The position numbers and the translations under genes are program-made. The notes under the pieces are model-generated. The model did no database searches. It was not told the origin of the DNA and saw only the letters and a program-made list of their open reading frames with translations. Positions 14,846 through 27,415 of a DNA stretch of 64,000 bases are shown here, one piece after another (position 1 is the stretch's first letter; each line of letters opens with the position of its first letter). This DNA comes from Lama guanicoe (taxonomy: Eukaryota), in assembly GCA_013239625.1 (NCBI GenBank), contig MU054098.1, positions 2,047,104 to 2,111,103 of the forward strand, written 5' to 3'.

Positions 14846-15810
14846 TGAAACATCTAGTCTAGGACTCCCCAAAGTACATTCTACATGGTTTCAGTCACAG
14901 CAAGGTTGACTAGTCAGCAGAGTTGATATCTGTTCTTTAGCCTCCATGTTCATCACCTTCTTTTGCCTGCAGGGTGCTCATTTATTATTCAGGTCTGCTT
15001 TCCAGGGACAGCAACTTATACTCTAGTATTATTGCTCCAAAGTCATCTTGATCTCTAAGAACCCTGATCTCTGGTAGTTATCTCAGAGGATAGCGAGCTG
15101 ATAAACACAAATACACAGGTGCTAATTACTAACAAGAGTTTAATGTACAATCTTCACCAAAAAAATAGATCTCTAATGGTGAAATCCTGGGTACCAAACA
15201 GACTGTAGATAATGATTATTTGGCCTACATCTAAGGCTAACCCTGTCTGCTAGCCATTAATAGTCTATTCAGATTTCTTGTAGCGCTGACTTACCCATTT
15301 ATCTTTTCCCTCATTAAGGCTCCCTCTAAATTTAGTGCAGGAGATCTGGGGTGCTGGCAGTGTGTGGATTGGCTAGGAAAGAGCAAAATGCAAAAATGGC
15401 AGACTGTAGGAAGGCAATGGGAAAGTTTAATTTGAACTGTATGAGAAGAACAAGCAAATATGTTAGCAATTTTTTACACCTGGATGAGGCACTGGGAAAA
15501 AGTGCCAGTAGAACCTATTGCTGAAGTTTGTTGTTGCTCATGAAGCTTTAGGATCATTATTCACTGTCACTGTCATCTCCATTAGCAGCACAGTGTGGGC
15601 AACTGGAGCCAGGAAACTTAGATCCCACTCTGGCTCTTTCACTAAATTGCCCCATCGCTGTAAGCAAATGACAGTGACCTCTCTCGTGTTCCCTCTCCTT
15701 CTTTTCTTGAATTTATTCATTGGCCAGATAACCCAGATTCTAATTTTCTTTCTTCTCTCCAATGACTGCATTCAGGTGGCCTGAGGTGAGATGGTAGTGA
15801 TGAGCTAAAA

Positions 15811-16057
15811 CAGTGCTGCTCAACAGGGGCTGATTTTTCATGTATACCCCCTCCCCCTGCCGGGGAACATTTGGTAATGTCTTTGAGACATTTTTGGTTA
15901 TCACAAGTTGGGGAAGGTGCTACTGACATCCAGTGGGTAAAGGTGAGGGATGCTGTTTACTATTCCACAGTGCCTAAGAACAAGACAGCTGCCCACTCCC
16001 CAAAATGAAGAAGTATCTGGCCCCAAATGTCAATAGTGCCAAGGTTGAGAAACCCTG
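15811..16057 (+). mobile_element. MER20-like hAT MITE
   Basis: cagtgctgctcaac...ggccccaaatgtcaatagtgccaaggttgagaaaccctg, TSD-like agctaaaa/agctaagg. Confidence 0.88.
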
Positions 16058-19000
16058 AGCTAAGGTATCATAGCTTCCTGGCCTTCTTATGAAAAGCACC
16101 AGATTCTCTTTGTTGTATCAGTTAAGGTGATGTTTTCTGTTTTCCTCTTTCCTCAGGCTCATTGTAAACATTTAAATTTGAATAAACTTTCTAGCCTCCT
16201 TTATCTCTGAATTTTTCTACTCTTTAGCTGTTAATGATTGTTGGGCCACACTGGAAAGTCATTGGATTAATTTCTTTCTTCCCCTTGAAAACTGTAGTAC
16301 AGAACCAGTTACTAAGATTGGTCTAAGCCAATGACTCTGTCCCCCTTTGGGGACTCCACAGATATCAGAAATGAACCCTAAGTGGGCTCATCTTTCATCT
16401 GTATTCTTGGGCATCCTATAGCTACCTCAGCACTTCTTTGGGCATCTTATTTCAGGAAGTGACACTTGCCTGGCAAGAGAAAGGGTGCTCCTTGCAATTC
16501 ATATTTATCGCCCCAGAGCCCAGCTCAGTGCCTGGCACAGAGCAGATATTCAGTAACTGTAGAAAGAATGAATGTATGGCTAAAGCAATGTGTAGTGTAT
16601 TTTGGGATAAGTTGATCATGTGAGAGCTGGGTTAATTCACATCTTTTCCTTTTTTTTTTTTTTTTGCCCAGGTTTCCATTCAAGGGTTATTAGCACCCTG
16701 AGTTCTGACCTGAGTGACAACTTAGCCTCACTTGCTTTTCTAAGAGTTTCCAACAGAGAGTGAGGAGGGGCTAACTGGTAGGAATCAGAAGGCCACTAGC
16801 AACAGCCTCCATCAGACTCCAGGCATTAACAGTGGCTCCTCCTCCCACCTTGCTTCCTGTCTTGGGTTTGACTGAGACTTTCGCAAAACCCTTGTGGTTC
16901 TCCATATAATATGTTTTGGTTGATCTTGCCTGCTTGGTCCAGAAACTCAGAGGAAATTGTTGCAGGGAGATGTGGATAGGTAATGGAGATCTAGACACTC
17001 GTGAAGTGAGTGGGGAAGAACTTTGGCTGAGTGGCAGGTGTCATACAGAGGCGGTGGAAACATCAGTATCATTTCCATCTCATATGATTCTGCCGTTCTA
17101 TGTTTCCCATTGACCCCTGCTTCTAGGAACATGGTCACAGTGTTTACACTTAGATGAGGGTCTTTCAAGTTCAAGAATAAAATGCCATTTGACAGTTGTC
17201 ATGAAAAGAGTCAAGATCCAAGGTGTGCTCCAAGGTTTATCCCTGGACAAGGGAATGATATTGAACAGGTTGCTAAATTTACACCGTTTCCCCATCTGTA
17301 ACACGAGCCAACTAAGAATCATTCCCACATCCTTTTTAGAAACTGGGGCCTGTCAAGGTTATATCAGATGTTAAGGAATGGCGAAGGCTGCTTAAATGTA
17401 TCATATTTTCTAGGAGCCCCTTGGCACACGACCATTATCCAAGGCTCTTCAAAGATCTGTGGGTCTGACCCCTCAGGGACGGGCTCTGCTAGCAGCAGGA
17501 AGCCAAGCCTGAACAGCGTTTTGAGCCCCATGAATAAGAGACATAAGAGAAAGAGCTGTGGGGGTTAAGTTTAAGCTTGTTCAGCTGAAGGAAATTGATT
17601 TTGTTGCTCCAGGCCTGGCTGCTTCTCGGCAGCTAGTGCATTAACCAAAATACATCAGGGGGAGGAGCCAATTTGTTTCAGGTCCGGTTTATCTCTGCCA
17701 GACCCCAAACCACTGAAGAGATGGAGTATCCATTAAGAACTACTCCCTCCCCCTGCCTGACTTTTGTTCCCCAGTTTGGCGGCTGCCCACAGAGATGAGC
17801 GGTGGGAAGTGGGAGAGACAGGAAGAAATAAAGAGCTGCTGGCCTGAGTCATACTCAGCAAGGTGACCTGATGGGGCCCTTGGGTCCCATTTGCTCCACC
17901 TGCAGCTGATCCAGCTGGACAAATGTAGGGTCCAGAGAGCCTTCCACTGGGACCTTCGTGCCCTGCTCCAACCAGTGAAGGAAACATCTGGCCAGGAGAT
18001 TATTCCAACCCTGGGGATGTTGAGGTTTCCAACCAGCCGGCCCCCAGTCCCTGACAGCAAGGTCATTGTTTACATCCCCCTGTGTACACATATGTAAGAT
18101 GCTTGTGACCTACTCTCTACCTTCAGGGAGAGCTCACCAAAGAAGAAATAGGTGACAAGTAAATATAAGGGACTCTTGGCAGGAAAATGTGTAAGATCTT
18201 GGATCGGGTTACTTGAGGGAAGCCAAGAATCTTTCCAGAGCAGGGAATGTATCAGAATCACCTGGAGTGCTTAAAAAAAAACGTGGACTCCCCGACTCTT
18301 CAGTCCTCTTTCCCACACCGATATACACAGCAACAGGTGGGAGTCTGCGTGTTTTGAAGAATCTCCCCCAGTGACTGATGTGTATGCTGTGTTCCCTTCC
18401 CCCAACCCAAGCGAGAATCACCACCCTGGGCTTTTTTGGAGGGGCTGGGGGCAGGTTAAAAAGATAGAATTCCACACACCCAGACAGGCACGAATGTTTT
18501 TCTCCATGGACTGTCCTAATGCTGTGTGCTTCAAGCTGAAGGAAAATTGCCATCGGAGACAGATTGCTGAAAACCTGATTCAAGGAAAGGGTGCTGTTTT
18601 CCAAAAACCATTATCTTCCCTGGAAACCATGCATTTCCTAGAAAGTCTTCCAAAGTTTCGCCAGGCATCATTTAATTATCCTTACCATGCATAACAAGGA
18701 TTATAAAAGTGGCTTTCTGTTTGGGAAGTGGTATTTTAAAAAGTTAACCTACTAGCAAAGACTCCTGTAGCAAATTTGGAGCAGAGCAGAGAATATGGTC
18801 CAGGGCTTCTGACTCTCAGCCCCTGGGTTGTGCGCACTGGTGTATCAATTTTTCTTTCTCCCTTGGGAGAAGAAATGCTGCCACAGTGTTTTTCGGAGTG
18901 GCCCATGAAGCACTGGTATAAGAATGTCCTGAGTTGCTTGTTAATGCAGATTCCTTAGTGCCTTTCTAAGTCTGCTCAATCAGAATGGACGCCTGGCGCT

Positions 19001-21059
19001 CTGCATTTTACACAGCCTCTAAGGCTGATTTATTTTTGAAAGGATAGTGTGACATATTTCAGATATATGCACCACGTGGCTTAAGAAATAGACTATCACC
19101 AAGTAATTGAGGTCTCCTTCATACCCTACTCATATTTCCTGGTCTCCACAGCAAAAGTAACTACTGTCTTGGATTTGTTAATTCTCTTTCCCCAACGTGG
19201 TTCCAGTACAAATTAACGTTTAAGAACCTCTGCTCAGTTTTGTTCAGGCTGTTTCTTTTTTTCCTGGAGTCCCCTTTTCTTCCATCTCTGCCTGTAAATG
19301 TCTGTCTTTCTCTCAAAGGCCAGGTCAAATGCAGCCTCTCTGGGAAGCCTCCTCTGATCTACTTTAGAAATCTCTAGCAGGAGTGAAGTGCCTCATAACT
19401 CTGAGAGAGAATATGCGTCAAATGAATGAGAGAGGGGTGTGGGGGAGTTCCCTGGGAAGGCACAGCTGAGATACAGCTGGAGGGCAGACATACATTTTCC
19501 ACTATGATTGTGTTAGAGTTGTTGCAAGAGCAATACATTGAGCCAATTAATAACAAATTAACCCACACTAGGCTTCTGCTCAGGGCAGTGAATTGGAACT
19601 ACCAAATGACCGTATTTGGACAGACGTTTGGGAATGGGGCACGAAGTGTAACACAATGTCTGCCCACTCAACAGTTGTACTGACGGGGTGGGCACAGGGG
19701 GTTGATAACACCCAGTTGAGGGGGCTTTCTTTACCCCAAGACAAAGATCAGGCATCTACCTATTTGAGAATGCGCAGCTGGGAGGGGCTCCCACAGCTGT
19801 TGAGGTATGGGGAAGTAGTAATGCTGGCAGCAGGGGACGACTGAGGGCAGCTAGGATCTGGTTGCAGGGAGGGTTCTGAGGTCTGTCCAAGAGTGTGTGC
19901 CCAAGGCTTGTATTGGCGCTGAGGTTGCTGCAAGGGCTGAAGCCAAGTGAAATGTCCGCCTCCAGGCCTCTGCTTGGGCAGAGCAATGAATCAAATCTAT
20001 AGCAACCATGTTTGGGGAGGACACTTGGTACACTCTGCGACAGGGGCTTCTTGTGGAAGGAGCAGCTGAGGAAGGGAAACAAGACGGCAGCCCAGCGGTC
20101 ACCTGCACATGTGCAATGAGAGGTAAGGATGGTAACACAATCTGAAGGGCTTTCCCTTTCTAGAGGCAGGTGAGAATAGGAAAGTACCCAGCTGAGCAGA
20201 TGCAGTTGCGACAGCCTTTTCCAAGGAGGGTTGTGGCTGGAGGGGCAGTTAAGCTCGGAGTTAGCAATGGCATGTAGAGGTATGGGAGCCAGGGCTACAG
20301 CTCATACCTGGTAGGGCTGGGATTTAAACTAGTTTTCTCTGCCATCAGAACTCCTGCTTTTCTATTTTTAGTGGTGTTTTTAAGTGTTGGTGCTAGGACC
20401 AGATGCATTAGCATCACTAGGGTGCTTTTGAAATGCATATTGCTAGGCCAGAGTTACTGAATCAAACACCTGTGTGCGAGGCTCAGGAACCTACATTTTA
20501 AATAAATCCCCAGTCTTCCAGTAGGTGGCAGGGCCTGGCACTGGAAAATGACTTCTGTGTTACTATTTGAAGTACATCTTCACAATCTGAAATTGATGAG
20601 AACTGTTGGGAAAAATATAATTAAGGCTAAATTATCCCATGACTTCATTAAAAAAAATGCCTCCCAGGACATCTTTATCCATCTATGATCAAATATAATA
20701 GAATCCTCTGTCAGTTACAAGTTCAATGTCTCCATGAAGCATATTTACAACCTTCTGTGTGCGCCAGGCTAAAAGGCAAGAGGGAGGATGGGGGATAGGA
20801 GGGGTAGTAGGGCAGGCTGGGCAGAGGGTGAAGCTACATGCACTGGGGCAGAACACGTGCCTGGCAGAGAGTCCTGGTCTCTGGCCTGGTGCCTGTGAAA
20901 AAATTGCAAGATAACAGCTTCAACCAGGTGGCTTTTAAATCAAGCCCTGTCCAGCTTTTGGCTTTTCAGCTGTTTGTAATGAGGACAAAAAGGTGAGAAA
21001 AAAATTAGCATGGAGAAGATAGATGGAAACTGAGAGGAGCCAGAGGGAGAGGTTGCTGT

Positions 21060-21270
21060 TTAATAATAATAATAAATCTTTGGGGAGCACTTTCTATGTG
21101 CCAGGCATTTATGAGTTTTACTTCTTGAAACAGCCCTGTAAGATAGAGTACTATTATTCCCACTTTAAAAATAAGGTGACTGACGCACAGAGAAATTAAG
21201 TAACTTGCCTAAGGTCACACAGCCTCTAGGTGACAGAGCTGGAATTTGAACTTAGGTCTAAACTGACTAC
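21060..21270. mobile_element. MIR SINE (one of many; others at about 1-125, 12030, 28265, 31150, 32530, 32790, 35640, 43300, 53580, 59470)
   Basis: MIR core: gagaaattaagtaacttgcctaaggtcacacagc...ggaatttgaac. Boundaries approximate. Confidence 0.8.
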
Positions 21271-21284
21271 AGAATTAATCTCTA

Positions 21285-21520
21285 TTTTTTTCCCAGCTTC
21301 ATTGAAATATAATTGACATATAACATTGTGTAAGTGTAAGGTGTCCACCATGATGATTTGATACACTATTTATTATGAAATCATGACCACAATAAGGTTA
21401 GATAACACGTTCATCACCTCACATTATTATTTTGTGGTGAGAACATTTAAGATCTAGCCTTTTAGTAGCTTTCAGGCATATAATACAGTATCGTTCATTT
21501 AAGCCATCACATGCTGTCTC
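21285..21520 (-). mobile_element. L1MA-like 3'-end fragment
   Basis: cagcttcattgaaatataattgacatataacattgtgtaag...gtggtgagaacatttaagatcta. Confidence 0.8.
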
Positions 21521-24370
21521 TCTAGATCTAACGCCTACAAGGCTCCTAATGCCTGCTAGAGATATCGTTGCCAAAAGATGGTCATTTCTGGACACCTGTC
21601 TCTAGAAGGACAGAACTTCTAAGGATCTCTCTGATTAGTGAGGAAAAATGTTGCCCCCAATTGGTTATGTGACCTTGGGTAAATTGCTTTCCCTCTCTGG
21701 GTCTCAAAATCCACACCTCTAATGTGGAGGGATTGGAAGTAACAGGTAATCTTCAAAGACCTTCCTTCTCCAAAATGCTATGGCTGTATCAGGTGTTAAG
21801 GATGATCCCCCATCCCTACCATAGCGATTCCTTCAGAAGGCTTCCCCCTTGGGTAGCGGAGGTGAAGGAAGCCGTCTCTTAGGTAGGCAGAGCATACTCT
21901 GAAACAGGTGCATTTACTAAGCACTTATGACATACCAGGTACCAAGCATATATAGCTGAGGCTAAATATGGCCCCTCCTTTCAAGGAACGCCCTTTCTTA
22001 TAAGAGAAGCAGAGAACAAACAGTTGTGAAAGATACATATCACAGGATGTTTTAATCGCAGGAGCAAGCACAGGGTGCTATGGGAACAGAGGAAAGGAAT
22101 ATGTAACTTAACCTGGGGTGGGGGGCTGGGGGTGGGCAGTGGGGATCGTGAAGAAAGGTTTCCCGGAGAAGGTAATCCCTGACGTGAGCTGCTCGGTAAG
22201 GTAAGGTGTAAGTCACGGAAGGGCCGAAGAAGATGGAAGGTTCCCCTGCCACATCAAGAAAGGCACTTGGCCAGCATAACTTCCTGCTTGAGAAGTCAGA
22301 GTTCATGCCAGTCCCAGGGATCTGAATGTGGAGGTTGGAAAATAGAACTGCTGTTCTTTTTAGAAACTTGTGTTCTTTTCTTCCTAGTCTGTGTGGGAAA
22401 GCTCACTTCTAATGAACTCTTCTCTCTGAAGGTAGGCACTGAAAGCAGGAAAAGGCTGACGTTTCATTTCCAATTTGTCCTTAACCCATTGCCATGCTCT
22501 GGGTTCACGTGCTCTGGCTCAAACCTCATATCATAGAATTTCAGTTTATCTGTGGTTAAAAAAAATAGTGTCATTCAATTGCCACTGGATAAATTCCAGA
22601 GCCTAGAAAAGTCTTTGAGCGACAAGTTTCATTTCCTTTAAGATTATGAGACAGATAAGAATGTCTTCTAATTTTAAGCATTCCACTGAACGGAAAGTTT
22701 AACCTTAATTGGTCATTCTTTTAGTTTCTAAACCCTCTCTCGCTGTCAGAAAGTTCTCTCTGTTTTCCTATTTAAACCTTTCTTGCTATTTCTTTAGATC
22801 CTTTTATATATTTTTTTTCTGGCCTCTTTGAGTATTGAGAATAGCTGGTTGCCATGCTGCAGACAAGCTGAGAGAATTACTTTGAAATCTTCTTCCGAAA
22901 GGATTCATCTGAAGGCAAAGTGGGCTTATTTGAAGGCGAAGCGGGCTTATTGGCTTCTCCGCGTGCATGCGGGATCTTCCTCAGTGAGGAAAGAGGCAAA
23001 GGGGAGAGCAGTGGTCCCCGCAGCAGCCTGTCGGTCAAACGTGGGCTTCGCGGAGGCGCTGTTTCACGTGTCAGCTTCTGCAGCCACACTTGGGGCACGT
23101 GACCTTCCCATGCCCTTCAGTGCAGCACTCAACTCTAGTGTTCCTGTAGTTAGGCTCTCTGGGTTATAAGTAGCAGAGACTCACTTGAGTTCTCCCAGCA
23201 AAAAAGGGGGCTTTTTGTAACATAAGAAAAGTGGAGCTAGAAAGCCACTGGGAAGGCTCTTTCATGAGCAGTATGGAGTTTTCCTCCATGCTATATCTGC
23301 TTCATGCCACTGAATTCTCTCCCTCTACCAATCAATCAGTTTGCTCAGCTTACCCAGAATTGATGTCTATTCATAACTTTGGATTGAAGTTGGCTTCAGC
23401 TTGACAGAGATTTGATTCTGCCTCCTGGTGTTTTTTTTTTTCTCCCTAACTTCTGCTCCATCTGCTAACTAGCTCAGCATCTCTATGTATCTTGATTAAA
23501 AGTTCCAGAAACAAGGATCTGGCCCAGCTCATCTCTTCAGAGCAGGATATGATGTCACCTATTACTGGCCAGCCAATGAATTGGCTTTTGTGTTGCTTTT
23601 GTGTCAGACGCCAATGCTTACTCCAGTCAAAGGCACAGGGGTGTCATAGGTTATAAAATGCAACCCTAGGCAGTAAGCAAGAGCTGTAGATGAGGCAGTT
23701 GTCCTTAAACGGCAGTGTCAGCAAGCCGACCCAGACTTTGTATCTCTGGTCAGAAGAGTAAGGTTATCACTAAGATCACAAAGAGCTTCCCTGACCTAAA
23801 CAAAATGGAGAATGCAACGGGCACAGTGGAAGGTATTGGAGGCCAAAGAAAGTAGGAATGCTTAGTGTGCAGCTGGAATGATTTCTCAGAAGAAGGAAGT
23901 GTTTCTGGAAGAGGGAGTATGGTGCCCCGCTCGCCAGGAGAAACCTACCTAATGTGTATGTTTTCCACAGAGCTCAGTCTGGCAGCTGACCTCAAGTTAC
24001 AGAAATCATGACCTGCCATCAATGAGTAGGGATTGACCTGGCTCTTAGAAAAGGCTGACTTGTAGGAAAGAATAGCAGTCTCTACCTTGTTATTCTTTGT
24101 AAATCAGACCAAGATAGAAAAGGAGTCTGAGTGGAGAGGCCAACTCAGCTAAGTCATTGCCAAAAGCATTTTGGCTGTGAAAAATTCATTGGCCTGTCTC
24201 AATTCCCAGTAATGCCCTTTTTTTATGATTTGTCCCCTCTACTATCTACTGCAACTCACCACCTATGGCACAGAAAAGAAATCCTTTTGAGTTGGTGGTG
24301 TCAGAGACATTGAGGGTAAAAGGGGAAAGGTAAACTCTGAGTTGAGGAGGCAGAATCTAAGCTGAGCTAA

Positions 24371-24571
<201 letters not shown>

Positions 24572-25644
24572 TGATGGTTCATTGGGAAACTGTTTTTCAA
24601 AGCGCTTTACCTCTTGGAGGGACCTCTGCTTGGTGGTACCTGCTCGAGTTTCTCACTATGTCAGTTTGTGGGAAGTGGTGGCTTGGTCAGACTCAGGGGG
24701 TCTTGCTAATTTACAAGGGTTGAAAATAAATTCTGCTTCTTTAACTATGCCTCTCCACAGCCTTTATGCACTTTTACCCAGAGCCCTGTGATGGTTTGGG
24801 GCAGCCCTATCTATGGAGGGATTTCAAATTCTTGGAGACCACTTATTTGCCATCCCCTGAATGAATCCTAGTCCCTGTTGGTATTTCCTTCTAGGCACCA
24901 TTTCCCAAATACGGATCAACAGTATCTCTTCTCACTTTCCACTGAGGACATAACAATAAGTAATTTGTTTTACATCAAGCATTAGGAACCTAGCTTAAAT
25001 ATTGGGGAATTGTTACTGGCATTTTTACATTATTGCTGGCATGTTAATAACAAAAGGTGTTAGATATTAAAATGGGTGACCGAAGTAGCTCTGGACTCTT
25101 CTATGGTTGCCAACTCTCACTGAGAATGGCTTAAGTTCACTATTGTGAATTAGAATAAATTAGACTCTAATTGGAAGATTTCCTGACCTACCATGATGGA
25201 AGAAAGTAGGAGGGGAAATGTCTAGGTTTCCTTGAGTATTCTCAATTGTAAGAGAGGATTTTAGAACAATGAGGCCAGCCATTCCCTATAGCTTATGATC
25301 CAATACTTCCCTTTTCTCTCTGTTGCTTCAGATTGTTTTCTTGAGTCTCACCTGACCCATTTTTGGAGGAAGGAGTTGTTTACTGTGCAAATATAACATG
25401 AGGAAAGGGCTATATAGAATATGTGACAAATGTAGACCCTGAATGTCCAGTGTTCCTGGCTCAGTGCAGGACCGACTAGTAAGTATAATAATTCTGTCAT
25501 AGGTGAAGGAATGAATAAATACGTGGGGGCAGGTGCTGAAGAAAAAGGAAGCAAGCCACTGGTGCTGCTAGCCAGGGTAGAGAAAGCTGAAGATTTAGCA
25601 CATTTCTCCTACTTAGTTGTTAGACTTACCATTCTACTTAAAAA

Positions 25645-27415
25645 AACAGCTTTATTGATATATAATTCACATACCATAAAATTTGCTCTTTTAAATGTAC
25701 AATTAGTGGTTTTTAGTATATTTACAAGAATGTGCAATTGTCACCACTATCCAATTCCAGAATATTTTCATAACCCCCTAAAGAAACCCCTTACCCACTA
25801 GCAGCCACTCCTCATTCTTCCCTGTGCTCAACAACCACCCCCCATCCCCCATCAAAAATGTTGAGTATCTTTTCATTTACTTATTGTCCATCTCTATATC
25901 CTTTTTGGAGAAATGTCTATTTAAATCGCTTTTGCCTATTTTCAACTGGGTTATTTGCCCATTTTTTGTTGAGTTGTAAGGGTGCTTTATGCATTCGGGA
26001 CACTAGACCCGTTTCAGATATATAATTTGGAAGTATTTTTTTTCTCATTCTGTGGGTTGTATTTTCACTTTTTTGATGACATCCCTTGAAATACAAAATT
26101 GATTAATTTTGATGAAATCCCCTTTTATCTATTTTTTTCTCTTGTTGCTTTTGTGCTTTTGGTGTCATAGTGAAGAATACAGTATTGCCAATTCCAAGGT
26201 CCTGAAGACTATTTTAGCTATTCTGATCTCTTGCGTTTTCATGTGAATTTTAGGTTCAGCTTGTCCATTTCGGCAAAATAGTCAGCTGGGATTTTAACAG
26301 AGATTGTGCTGAATCTATAGATCAGTTAAAATCCCAGCTGACTATTTTGCCGAAATGGACAAGCTGAACCTAAAATTCACATGAAAACGCAAGAGATCAG
26401 AATAGCTAAAATAGTCTTCAGGACCTTGGAATTGGCAGTTTAGTGATATTAAGTGATATTAAGTTTTCCAGTCCATGAACACAAGACGATGTTCCAGTGA
26501 GTTAGGTTATCTTTAATTTCTTTTGATAGTACTGTGTAGTTCTCAGTATAGAAGTCCTGCAACTTTTTGGTGAAATATATTTCTAAGTATTTTATTGTTT
26601 TGATGATATTGTAAATTGAATTTTTTTCTTAATTTTATTTTTGGATTACTCATTGTTAGTGTATATAAACACAAATAATTTTTCTGTATTGACCTTGAAT
26701 ACTGCAGTCGTGCCAAACTCCCTTATTAATTCTAATGATGTTTTAGTGGATTACTTAGGATTTACTATATATAAGATCACGTTATCTGAGAAGAGAGATA
26801 GTTTAAAGCATTCCTTTCTAATCTTTTCCTGTATAATTGCTCTGGCTGGAATCTCCAGAACAATGTTGAGTACAACTGGTGACAGTAAACATCCTTGTCT
26901 TCCCCTGATCTTAGGGGTAAAGCATCCAGGTTTTTACCATGAAGTATTTTTTTAATTCTTATTTTTTATTGAGGTGTGGTCGATTTACAATATTAGTTTC
27001 AGTTGTACAGCAAAGCAATTATTCACCATTAACTATTGATGTTGGCTAGGTTTCTTTTAATAGATAGCTTTTATTAAGTTGAGAAAGTTCCCGTCTATCT
27101 ATCCCTAGTGTAAGTGTATTCATCATGAAAAGGTGCTGAGTTTTTGTCAAATGCTTTTTCTTTACCTACTGAGACAATCATATGTACTTTATTGATTAAT
27201 TTTCACATGTTAAACAAACTTTGCCTTTCTGGGATAAATCATAGTTGGGCATGGTGGGTAATGTATTTCATATGTTGCTGGATTTGGTTTGTTAGTATTT
27301 TGTTGAGGATTTTTTCATCTATATTTATTAGGAATATTGGTCTGTAGGTTTCTTCTGACATGTTGATTGAATTTTAGTATGTGGGTAAAAATGGCCTCAT
27401 AGAATGAGTTAGTTC
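25645..27415 (-). mobile_element. Old, internally deleted L1M (hosts the perfect inverted repeat and a short younger L1 3' end at about 26945-27020)
   Basis: 3' end cagctttattgatatataattcacataccataaaatt. Antisense ORF2-derived tracts (ttggagaaatgtctatt; aaacatccttgtcttccc; ggcctcatagaatgagttag). Confidence 0.85.
26186..26437. repeat. Perfect inverted repeat, 113-bp arms, 26-nt spacer
   Basis: 26186-26298 is the exact reverse complement of 26325-26437 (checked base by base). Confidence 0.97.
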
